In this document: positions 37,161 through 49,078 of the stretch, piece after piece
Layout of the letters: each line of letters opens with the position of its first letter
How positions within the stretch are numbered: the first letter of the stretch is position 1
DNA from: Basidiobolus meristosporus CBS 931.73
Lineage: Eukaryota; Fungi; Basidiobolomycota
Direction of reading: 5' to 3'
Length of the DNA: 64,000 nucleotides
NCBI GenBank assembly: GCA_002104905.1
Contig: MCFE01000318.1
Span: 1-64,000 of the forward strand
Translations under genes and position numbers: made by a program
The notes under the pieces: model-generated
Database searches by the model: none
Told to the model about the DNA's origin: nothing
The model's input: only the letters and a program-made list of their open reading frames with translations

Positions 37161-38645
37161 TGTTGTAAGAGTCTTGGAGATATCCAGAGTGATTGGGAGA
37201 ACAAGTAGATTCAGTAGTTTTCACTTAATGATCTATTGAATGTAAAAGCAGTATTTATACTTTTACATTTTCTTGGCATAACATACACATAAAAAGGCTT
37301 TAGGAAGGTCCCAAGAGCTTGTGTGCAAAGTTTGGGGCTGCTTGGACAACTTTGAGAATTTTCATGTTCTGGGTATCTGATATTTTAGTGAAAATATTCT
37401 AAGTAAATACCAAGATATAATTTAGTCAGTATACTCCAGGATTTGTAGGTAATAATCTAAATGACTAAGCTAAATGAGTATTTTGGTGGAATTACAAATT
37501 TTTAAAACACTCCCACTCAACTAAATGCTCATATGGACCAGTTCTAATTTTGACCTAAGATATACAAGCTTGTCTCTAGCTAATGGTTTGGTAAATATGC
37601 TTGCAATCATTTCATCTGAAGGACAGTAAGCTAGATTAACTAAGCTGTTGTCTTTAGCTTCATGGATGAAATGATGTCCAATATGTATGTGCATAGTTCT
37701 TGCATGAAAGTTGGATATCTACCTAGTTGTATACACTGTTAATTATCTTGAAATTAAGTAGTATGCATTTTTTGACATAAGCATACAACTTTAAAGTGAT
37801 TCCTTAAATAAATTGCTTCTTTTGTAGCTTCCTAGGCTGCCATATACTCTGCCTCTGTGGTAGAAAGTTCTATGTTGGTTGCTTTCTTGAATAATATAGC
37901 CATAAAATTGCTCCTTTACAGTAAAGAATGGTGTATCCTTTAGTGTATGCTTTCTTCTAGATGTCATCCCCAGTTGGCATCAGAGTATCCCACAAGATTT
38001 TGCTCTGAGGCCTTATAGGTGTACCTTATGCAAATATTAGCAGCTCCTTTTATGTATCAAAAATCCACTCAACTGCTGCAATACAATCAGATCCATATTC
38101 CTAGAATGCTGGCTGACAACTCCTACTGCACATGAGACATCTGAACGTGTTCCAAGCATGATATACATCAAACTATTGTTCATTAGCTGATAAGGAAAGT
38201 TACGGCTTACAGATGGTGCCAAGCTCTCTTGATTTGGTTGAGTTTTGACCAAGATAAGTTTGTCTCCATTAGGGTAGCTGACAGTTTACAGTTTTCCAGA
38301 TGGTACTTCTTTAGTGTATCTTGAATATACTTGGATTGACTTAGGGTGCTAGTCTGGGTACTTCTGTCTATGGAGAGCTTTCTACCAAAGTGGTCACTGA
38401 GTTCTCCTAGATTGGACATCTTGAACTCCTTAGATAGGCTGGATCTAGTATCTTCCAATGTATCAAGGTTATTAGCAGCTATAATAAAATCATCCACACA
38501 TAGAGCTAATAGAAATGGATTTGCTCAATCTTGCATATAATATATACTATAGTTGGTACTACTTCTTTTGCAACTCAAGGATTCCAAATAAGAATCTATT
38601 TTGCAATTCCAGGCTTGTAGTGGTTGTTTGAGTCCATATAGTGAC
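37161..38645 (-). mobile_element. Copia 3' half (RT-RNase H) with 3' LTR 37161-37509
   Basis: LTR termini and PPT in reverse orientation; RT/RNase H homology. Cut at 38645 by a CMC terminus. Confidence 0.92.
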
Positions 38646-41600
38646 CCCTATGAAAAATAATTTGGTCCCACAGGTGAATCCAATCCAGATCAGCTATTGG
38701 GATCCCATTTAGAGACTGTCATAATATCAGCGGCTTGGAATTAGTGACCCTCTAAACAATCTTATGACAGGATCACAATGGCATTTTGCTAATTTTACTG
38801 CCAAATAAAGTTATAAATCTTGAAAAGTTTTGATTGGTACTATGACAATAATTGCATGGCATTGTTGCAGTCTTATTATGCTCTACAACTATTTTAAATG
38901 GATCCAACTGGCCAGGAAATCCAATTGCCTTATATGGCAAAAAACTTGATGGTATTTCAATGGCCTCACAGCAAGACTCTATTGGCATTATTACAGCAGT
39001 ATGGTGCCCTAAAGCTAGTTCTGTATAATGCTACCATACCAATTTACCAAATGGTATTTCCTTTCTCTACCTCCCCTTGTGTAATTCATATATTCCACTG
39101 TAGCATCACCCCTCTTTATTTGACTACCCATTACTACCTTGGGTATTCCACATATGGTTTGAATCAAAAAAAACTATGGCTTCCTGTTTACTAACCTCTA
39201 CAAACACTCACACCTGCTGCAATTGACATACTTCAATCACCTCAGCTTTACAGCATTTTGGTGTGATACTTGGAAAGTTGCCATATACCTTGTACTGCTG
39301 GTAACATATAAATCTTGCAAACATAAGCTTGATTGTTGCTACTTCTGCCATAGGTACCTCCTGAATATCTGCAAAGAACTTCTTGGTATTTTGCCAATAA
39401 GCTCCTTTTCACTGCTGGATTCTAGTCCCCCTTATAGGTGCCTTCTAGCTCTTGTTTGTGTGTATTCTGTATTAAATGGTGTAAAAGTTGGCTTGTGACC
39501 AGGAGAAATCCAGTATACCTTTGTAGAGCCTTCCTAATAAAAATTAGTTGCCTGTTGCACCCAACACAACTTTGCATTACATAACTGATTACCACTCATT
39601 GGGGCTGCTTAGCTTCTTAATGCCATAGGCATAGGTGTCTCCATGTGCACATCTGTCCTCAGCTTTTTCCAACTCTTCCTGGCTGTCCTCCATATGCCAG
39701 CTCATCACATCCATGATGGACTTCAAGGTAAGATTCTTGATGAGATTGGGATATGGTAGTACCTGCAACTTGACTTGTCTTCCTATTTCCCCACACATCC
39801 ACTACATAGGAAACTTGAAAAGGTGAAGTAAGGCCCAATGTTCTCCACACACTGTACAAGATGGAGTAGAGAATGGATTCAGTAGTGGCAGAGATCTATG
39901 CGTTCAGCTTTATGTTTGTAGTATAGCCACTCAAATCACATTACAAGCTCTTTGCACAACAGCTACAGATGTGGCAAGTTGGCATTGGTGATCTGCCTCT
40001 GGATAAGTACTCCTACAATGTCCACATATGGCTCCCAATGATTCCAATGTACTCTTGGTAGGAATGGCTTTGGAACCCCACTTGAATAAATACATTTCCA
40101 GTTCATCCAGTCTTTGCATTTGTATTGTAGCATATTTGTATGAATATTGATTGGATTCTATGAGAAGTACTTAGGGTAGTGGATAATCTGTAATATCTTG
40201 CCAACTCTTTCAAATTTCTCCAGTATCTGAAAGGGCTCATTTAGCTTGAAATGCCCTATGTATTACTTGGTCATTGGCATAGGGATAATGTTGAAAAGCA
40301 AATGCCTTGCTCCCAATGGAAAGCTTTTGCTCCAACATACACCCTCTATCTTAAGTATTTCTGGTTTCCAATTGATTCTGTATTCCAGCCAATGGCTTAT
40401 AGCTTGCCAACTTTGCTGCAACTGCATGCTAATTTCTGTACATTTTCTCTGTGGGAAGATGATGTTCTTAGTGCTGGTGTCTGTGTAGTAGTAATTTGTG
40501 TGAGTTGTGGAGTAAATACACCTGGATTTAACACATCTAACAGCAAAACTGTCCATTTTGCCCAGAAAAACCTGCTCTCTTGTGAATGGCTGGGGTATCT
40601 CCAATGAAGATGCTAATATGTGCTTCTGCATGATGGCCATTTACTGTTATCCTGCTGGAAAGCATACAAAATTCATCCAGCAAGGGATACAGGTAGCTAT
40701 TCAGGTTGAATGGTAATTTAGGCCCAGATACCAGTGAGACTTCCGTCAGATTATTGCTCTGATACTGTAAGATGGGTGGCAGATTCAGATTTACCAGGAT
40801 CAGTAACCAGCAGCATTTGCTGGTGGAGTACTTGTTAAATGAGCATCCATCAAGTGCTAAGGCAAAGGCATGGTCATACATACCTTCAGAGTAGCCCTTG
40901 CTTATTAGCTGTTTGTAATGTTTGCCATCAAATATATTCAACATGTTTGCACTGATTGATTGTGAGTGCAATACTGTATTCCTTTGCACTATTAGTTGGA
41001 TTGCAGTGGCTTCTTTAGACAGGGTATTTTGGGGATATATCTGGAGTGTGAACAACATTTTCCCTCAATGGTGGTGGATTCCTGACAATTTGGACAAGTG
41101 GCAATGGTAGCATTTTTGGATGTGAATGCCATGCAACTTTTAGCACATGCTGGAGTCAGGTCAGTCTCTGGATCAAATGTTGCCAGCTGCATGATGGTTA
41201 TCCACTTGTACTATGTACATGGTACATTGCATCCTGGAATGATTTTGGCAATAAGTAGTAATAAATCCTCAAAGCCCCCAATACTGATATTGGTGGGAAC
41301 ATGCCACTTATCTAGCCACAACATTACATCATTCAACAGTCAGTGAATTACTGGGCTCACTTGGCTCCATAAAGTATCCATGGCATTTGTTTCAATGGGT
41401 GTTATCTCATTGCATCTTGGGATTTGACTGGGCTTATATGTGGTACTGTTGCTAGGGGAGATAGGCTCACAATCCATCTGTGAGCCTTCTTTGTCAGAGC
41501 TATTGCTCTGTGTGTCATATTCAGCAGGCTGTGGTGAGCCTAAAGGCATCACAGACTTGCCTGCCCAGCTTATGCAAGGTGACAAAGATAGCCAGGTGCC

Positions 41601-41755
41601 AATATAGAAGTATCAACTGGCCGTTAAGACAATGTTGGTACAGTAGCAACTGATGAATAGTCAAATATGACTTGTTTGGCAAAACACCAGCCTTGATCCT
41701 TGTAGTACTTCCTATGCTGTCTGCATGCTTCATGGCTGAGAGGCTTGATATAATA
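38646..41755 (-). mobile_element. CMC/CACTA-like element left arm: TIR CCCTATGAAAAATAATT and degenerate tnp2-type transposase (~39500-41700)
   Basis: ORF 40537-41058 has FALALDG...WLLILVNLNLPP...VSGPK.P..L..YLYPLLDEF..IFIGDTPA, the Transposase_21/EnSpm pattern, with upstream C..C and CPNC. The CCCTA terminus abuts copia sequence. Confidence 0.85.
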
Positions 41756-42862
41756 ATAACAATTTCACAAAAGACTAAGTCAAAATTTTTCATCTTAACA
41801 ATATATAAGTGGCTTTTGATTGGTTCCCTGCCAATTTGCTCGCTCTCTGATCCTGGACACTATCACATTCTACAGTTGTGTGCATTGATTGACTAATGCC
41901 TCTTTTTCATACTCCTTACTTCCTTACTCAACTGTTTCTCTCACTTTTCATGTATACAAATTGATTTATTTCCATTGAAACTTCATTCGAGCCTCAATTG
42001 ACAATTGTACAGACCTATATAAGTCCCTATACCTTACACTAACATTAAGCCCAACCTAAACTCAACACAAAACTCCATTAAAATCCACTACTCAATAAGT
42101 ATTTCTGCTGTTATGCTTTGGTTCCACAACTTTTTCAGGAACCCAATGGCTTTATGCCACTGTTAATTCCTTGGTTCCCACATGTCCTGATCTTCAGCTA
42201 GCCCTGCAAGGTCTAGCACCTCATCTGCCAGTCTTTGCAATAAATCCTTACAATATTCCAGTGCATTTTCTTAAGCACTGCTCTTGCAGAAGTGCTGCAA
42301 CCTCTTGGTGTGCCTATTAATATTCCAAAATTCCACTGAAGGCATTGTGATAGTCTTTTGAGTTCTTGCTGTTGTAGCCTTGTCTGGCAGTGGGATCTCC
42401 ACTCTGTTATAATGGAGGTTGTGGAGGCTTAGTAGTCAAATTGCCTTTTTCAGCAAACTCATCTACCTTGCTGGAGTGCAGCTCAACTGGCTGAACTTCC
42501 AACTCTTGTGAAGACAGTTGTCTTCTTGTTGGTAATTCTTCTTATGTATGATGAGGTTCAGTTTGTTCCTGGCTTGCAGCATTAATTGGCAAGAACTGCA
42601 GTTTTGTTTGCATGCTTTGCAGTCTCAGGCTTATGTAGACATTTTTCCCTTGACCTTTTCCTTTTTCACTGCCAGATCTTTGACTGCTACTTTGTCTGAG
42701 TGGTTCTTGTAATGAACTAGATTTTTCCTTGATAAACTTTGCTCTAACGCATCTGTATTGGCCTGCTTGTCCCTTGCTGGCACTCTTCTGGCAACCTGAG
42801 GCTTCTTTCCTGCTTGTTTTGAGCACTCAACCATAATTGTGACAGGCTCCTGTAAGAGCTGC

Positions 42863-45800
42863 TGTGGTACGGTAAACATACCCCCCACAGACAAGTTTAT
42901 TCATATAGCCATTATGATATACTCATCCATATTCTATCTTATCAGTATTATCCATTCTTCTTTTGCCCATATTATCAGTATTATCCCCATATGATGTTTA
43001 CCCTGATTAGTTATTAGCAACAGTTATCCCAGGTGTTATTCAGCTTTGTGATCAGTATATGTATCTAAATTAGGCAAGTACCCGCGTCAGTACCCATGAC
43101 ACATGACCTAGGTCTGTGTTACCATCCCTACCATTTCAATACCATATATGGTGTTATGTTGCACAGGTTTCAGACTACTGATTGCTGATTGGTTCAATGT
43201 GCTGTGCCTTTTAGAACCTTCCAGGAAATTCTTGGCATATTTCTAGCTTATAGTGATGTCATCAAAAATTCCACTGATGCCTAGTATCTTCTAGAACCTT
43301 GTCATTAGTAATCACTTGGCAATCAGGAAAAGTATTTAAGGGAAAGCAATCCCTCATCAATAAATCATCCCTTCTATCAGTAACACTTCTACCTTATTGA
43401 TTAGCAGTTGATCACTGCACCTGCCTTCAACAGAATATCTCAGACCTGCCATCAAGGAGCTTTTCAGGGTAGTGCACAAGACACACAGAGGCCTTTGGAG
43501 ACACTTGGAGCACCTAGGAAGCTAGAGAAGCAGGAGCTTTTACCATAGTGACATATTGACAAAGACACCAGTGGTTTAGACACAGAGGTTATTGCAGCCA
43601 TCAGACACCTCACACACCATGAGTTCTGTAGCTTCTCCCAGGAGTACCTCTACACCACCACATATTTGGCACCCAATGTGGGGGGGGGTTTGACTGAACT
43701 GCCCCTGGAAACTTAAGAAAGAACAAATTATCAAGACCATAGATCTACCTTTATCAGGAATGCAAGAACCTCTTTCTTTGATGGAACTAAAGTTAAAGCT
43801 TTCATCAAGAGGTGGGAGCTTTTCTGCAGAGCCCGCAAAATACCTGAGGCCATTATGGCTGAAGAGATGCCCCCTTACAGCACCAATGAGATCATGCTCT
43901 CATTATATGAAAGAAATGATCTGCTGACAAGTTGGATCCTCCTTGAAGAGCTACTTGATTGATGAATATGGAGAGAGACAAGTTGACTACACACTTAAAG
44001 ACTTGGAGAGCTTTGCTTAAAGCAAGTTTAAGCTGCTACCATTGAAAGAATACTTGAGTGGCCTTGAGCAAATTGGAGAGTCACTGAAAGCCCAAGGAGT
44101 TATCACTGATCTTATTTTATCTGCCTACCTTCTCAGAGCACAACCAGAAGACCTGGTGAGAAGGATTGAAAACAATGCTACTGTGAAAGCTATGAGTTCA
44201 CTGCCTGCATTTCAGTTACCTAAGCAGATTTTACTTGCCCATGAAGAAACCTCACCAATCAGAAAGCTTCTGTCAAGCTTAGTACAAGACCAAGATAGCC
44301 AAGACTTACTTGATCCCAGAATTCAAAGCACTCAAGTTCAGGAGCTGACACAGCAACTAGAGAAACTCTCTTTGCTACTGGCCAGCAAAACATATGGGCA
44401 GAAGCCAGTAGAGAAAGAAGTCAAATATAGATGCATGTAGTGTGACTCTGCCAGCCATTCCAAGAGAAATTGCCAAGAGCTTCAGTCATTACTATCCACA
44501 GGTGATGTCCTATATAGTCCTCAGGGATATATAGTCAGTGAGCATGGTGACAAATTATCCACAGCATTTGGACAAGGAGGAATGAGAGTTCACTACTAGC
44601 AAGTCACCTCTCATTCAAGAAAGGTGCACCTCCATGAAGAAGAAGATACTGACTACTTTGATCCAGCTGAAGTTCTGAAATTTGACTATGAGGACCCCAG
44701 AGAGGCACAAGAGCATATAGCTTCAATTTATGCTTCAAAGAGACACCATCCTGAAAAAAAGGTTAATCCAGGCCCAGCAACAAAAGCACCAAGATGTGAG
44801 CCAGAAGTTGTGATTGAGAAGAAAGCAGCACCCCCACTAATTTTACAAGAGTCTGCCAAGGCCAACAACTACCATATGCAGCCTAGAGTCAAGCAAAATG
44901 GCTCCCCAGAGGCTCTGACAAGTCATGATACTAGGAAGCAACATATCAATCAAGGTTGGAGAGCTACTCAGTGTATCACCATCTGTAAGAAAGACTCTAG
45001 ATGAGCACATCAGAATAAGAAAGCATCTAATTGAAGCAACCCATGGCAACCAGGTCAGGACAGTTCAAGGAAGCCAAGATATCAATAAGCTGCATCAAAG
45101 CCAGAAACACTACTACTCAGTGGCAACTGCAACAACTACAGGAACTGTGCATAATCAAGAAATCCTATGTCATATAGACAGTGGATCTGAGATATGTGTG
45201 ATGCCTTTGGAGGCTTGGAACCAGCTACCATGCAAAGACCTATTGCCCATAGACACCAATATCAATTGGAGCATGAAGGATGCCAACTCAGGGCAATCAA
45301 TGGTTTTAGGAATTATCACAGCTTCCCTCTCATCATTAAAGGAATACCTCATGAGATCCCAGTATTCATTTGTGCAAAGGCTAACTTTGAATTACTTCTT
45401 GGAAGACCATGGGAGGTGAAAGCAAGAGCAACTACAGTGAACTACCCAGATGGTTCAGCATGGTATACTATATACTCAGAGAGCCCAGGACTAACAGCAA
45501 CCTTGTGTGGTGTGGACTCAAACAATATCCAATCAATGACATCATGTAGATTTCTATCCCAAGAAAAGACAGGTGGCCTCATTGAGGATTACTGAGAGAG
45601 CCCTTTGTTCTCCATACTTACAGTAGTTAGCTAAAAAGTTTCAGGGAACTATTTAGCTCAAGTGGGGGGTGGATGTGGTTGGGTAAACATACCTCCCACA
45701 GACAAGTTTATTCATATAGTCATTATGATATACTTATCTGTATTCTATCTTATCAGTATTATCCCATTCTTCTTTTGCCCATAATATCAGTATTATCCCC

Positions 45801-47607
45801 ATGTGATGTTTACCCTGATTAGTTATTAGCATTAGTTATTGCAGATGTTATTCAACTTTGTGATCAGTATATGTATCTACATAGGGCAAGTACCTGCGTC
45901 AGTACCTGTGACATATGACCTAGGTCTGTGTTACCATCTGTGGTAATAGAAAGTATTCCATTACTACAATATCTCTAAACCAATATTGCACTCATTTCTT
46001 TATTTTGCTTTTTGCTATCATAACACACAAGTGAAAGATCAAGCATTTCCAACTTTGAAGAAAAAATGCTCCAGACCCTGGCAAGCAATCCACCCAAGAA
46101 TATTATGTCATACAGAACACATAGTAGCCAGCACATGTTTCAAATTACAGCTCATTTGAAGCAGTACTTAAGGAGTTATAACCAAAAGAGTCCAATTATT
46201 ATAAATACTATGCATTATTGCTAGGATTACTATGGTGACTTTGATTGCCTGTAACTTTCAAACCAGCAAGTCAAATCATGTGATACTTTCACAGGTGCTG
46301 CGTCTATGTCCAATCTGCACTACTGCAAATTTTAGTCTTGTACCACGTGTATTGCTTGCGCAATTGCCCAAAAACTTTGATCATTCAAGATTTTCATATA
46401 TATGACTTCCCCAGCTGAAAAATAAAGGGAGAGCCTCTCTTTCCAGAATCTCCACACTACAATTACAAGTTTAAAGGCTATTAGACCTCCCCTGCATCAC
46501 TTGCACTGTTGAGTATTCTGACTTTGATTGGCACTACATCAGTAAAGAGACTGCAAAGTGCCCAAGAATCCAATCTAAGTTCTACAACAAAACTACCACT
46601 TTTCCATTGGAAACGTCTCCTCTAAGAAACCCCTTTACTCTAAAGACACCACTTTAGACACCCCTTTGGTGTAAAGTCCACCTTAGAGGCCACTACAAGA
46701 AGCCCCTTTACTCAAAAGACATCCCTTTGGACACCCCTTCAGGTTAAAGGGGAGTTCAGAATCTCCATATTAGGATATATTTTCTCAGAAAGGAAAGTGA
46801 GCTCCAAGTAAGGAAAGGTTACTATAAAAGTAAATAAGCCCATTAGTTGACAGAAGGTCAGAACACTGCTGTAGAAGTGATAAACACTGCCTGCAGTATA
46901 TTTTGAGCCTAAGATTGAGGAAATTAGTGAAAGTTATATCTTCTATTGGTATATCAAACTCCCAATAAACTATTTCAATATTAGCATACTGAAAGTTGTT
47001 GTATAATGTTGATTAGCCTCTGCATTGTAGAACAAGCCCCAAACTAATCATAATACAACACAACACATCCCTACCATTTCAATTCCATATATGGTGTTTC
47101 AATGTTGCACAGGTTTCAGACTACTGATTGCTGATTGGTTCAATGTGCTGTGCCTTTTAGAACCTTCCAGGAAATTTTTGGCATATTTTTAGCTTATAGT
47201 GATGTCATCAAAAATTCCACTGATGCCTAGTATCTTCTAGAACCTTGTCATTAGTAATCACTTGGCAATCAGGAAAAGTATTTAAGGGAAAGCAATCCTT
47301 CATCAATAAATCATGCCTTCTATCAGTAACACTTCTACCTTATTGATTAGCAGTTGATCACTGCACCTGCCTTCAACAGAATATCTCAGACCTGCCATCA
47401 AGGAGCTTTTCAGGGTAGTGCACAAGACACACAGAGGCCTTTGGAGACACTTGGAGCACCTAGGAAGCTAGAGAAGCAGGAGCTTTTACCATAGTGACAT
47501 ATTGACAAAGACACCAGTGGTTAGACACAGAGGTTATTGCACCCATCAGACACCTCACAGACCTTGAGTTGTGTAGCTTCTCCCAGGAGTACCTCTACAC
47601 CACTATA
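42863..47607 (+). mobile_element. Ty3/gypsy-type LTR element with gag and protease only (LTR family 1)
   Basis: 5' LTR 42863-43662; PBS TGGCACCCAATGTGGGG 43667-83; gag with C..C....H....C (~44435-44480); protease HIDSGSEICVM; PPT GTGGGGGGTGGA; 3' LTR 45674-47607 (interrupted). Flanks CTGC and CCAC. Confidence 0.9.
45939..47065. mobile_element. 1127-bp insertion, probable solo LTR of a third family, inside the gypsy 3' LTR
   Basis: TG..CA termini; 4-bp TSD CATC at 45935-38 and 47066-69; no coding signal; host LTR is continuous across it. Confidence 0.75.
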
Positions 47608-48007
47608 CCACTGGTCTTTATCACTGCAAGGTCCTTCATTGCTACTTTGACTGAGTGCTTCTTGAGTGTTAACATGCTTTTTCCTTGATGAATGTTGGGC
47701 TGGCATATCCATGTCTGCCTGCTTGTCCCATATTAGCAAACTTCTAGCTACCTAGGCATTACTTTGACGCTTGTCTGAAGCTTTTGACCTTGCTTGCAAC
47801 AGGCTCTTGAGGAAGCTGCTGGTTTTTAGCCATGGCACCCTTGTTCTTCTGCTTTTAATAGTTTCTGCTACTTTTAAGATACTTTCTTAGTATACCAATG
47901 CTGGCCCAAGATCTGTTTGCCCATTTGAAATCTTGGATAATACTCATGGAACAAGTAAAGTGCATTCCACTTGGCCTTGAGTTCCTGATGGAATCATGGT
48001 ATGCCAG

Positions 48008-49078
48008 TGTGATGGTGTATAAGTTCAAGGAAGCAATACGTCCCACACTTCTCAAGTGTTATGTGTGTGGGGTGCTCACTGGGTGCAATAACCTCTGGCA
48101 AAAGCTTGCTAGGAATACTTGGGTTCTGTCTCTAATCAAATGTGAAGGGGAATAAAGCCACAAGCTTGTCAAGGGAAAACTATTGAGCTACAATCCCCAA
48201 CTTAGTTGGTGTCTTAACAAAAGTATGTGCTGGGTTCAGCATCCTTTGAGATGACAATGTACTAAAGCTTCCAAAGTCAAAACAACTGTAAACTCCACCA
48301 GCAGGGACTTGATAAGAATGCAGCTGTGGTCAATAGTTACAAAGACAGAAAAGTATCTTTGCCTGTACAAGAACAAACTTGGGAAAGAATCAAATATAAT
48401 AAAAGATACCTACTCCGAGTATTCCTCACAAGTAGTGCCTCCAAGGTCAGTTGGCTGTCAGCGTGGTTTCCTGGGAGTGTCCTGTGGTATGGGGTTGGAA
48501 GTTCAGGTAGCAGTAGGTAGCAGTGATCACACTAATCAACAAGTTGGTATATTGATAAAAGGGATGATGATTTATTGTTGAGGGAGAGCCTCCCTTATAT
48601 ACTTTTCTTACTGGCTAAGTGATTACTAATCATGGTGTTCCAGAAGGTTCTGGATATCAGTAGAAATCTTAATGACATCAGAATGACCTAAGAATGTTCT
48701 AAGTAGGTGCCAGAAGGTTCTAAGAGGCAGAGCACATCCAACCAATCAGGAATCAGTATTCTGAAACCTGCGTAACATGGGGATACCATATATGGTATGG
48801 AAATGGAAGGGATGGTGACACGGGTTGATCATGTGTCACAGTTACTGGCGCGGGTACTTGCCTAATATAGAAGTACTTATAGCTAGTAATCTTACATAAA
48901 GTGAGGGGTAACTTATGCAATAAGGTAAGCAGGTGTGATAGTCAACCGACTTATGGGATAGTACTGATTGGGTAAGATAAATGGGATAAAACTAAAATAA
49001 GTGTAGTAGAGATATAGGGAAGTAGAAAATAAGGGAATGAGCACATCTGTCAGTGGGTGTCACTGTCACCCCACTACA
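48008..49078 (-). mobile_element. Solo LTR, gypsy family 2
   Basis: TGTGATGG..CCACTACA termini; flanks CCAG and CCGG; nearly identical to 52703-53772. Confidence 0.92.

Noticed and set aside
42859-47611. Mismatched flanks (CTGC vs CCAC) suggesting a recombinant gypsy element
   Set aside because: Both derive from CCGC by one CpG transition each, and the host sequence is colinear across the insertion.
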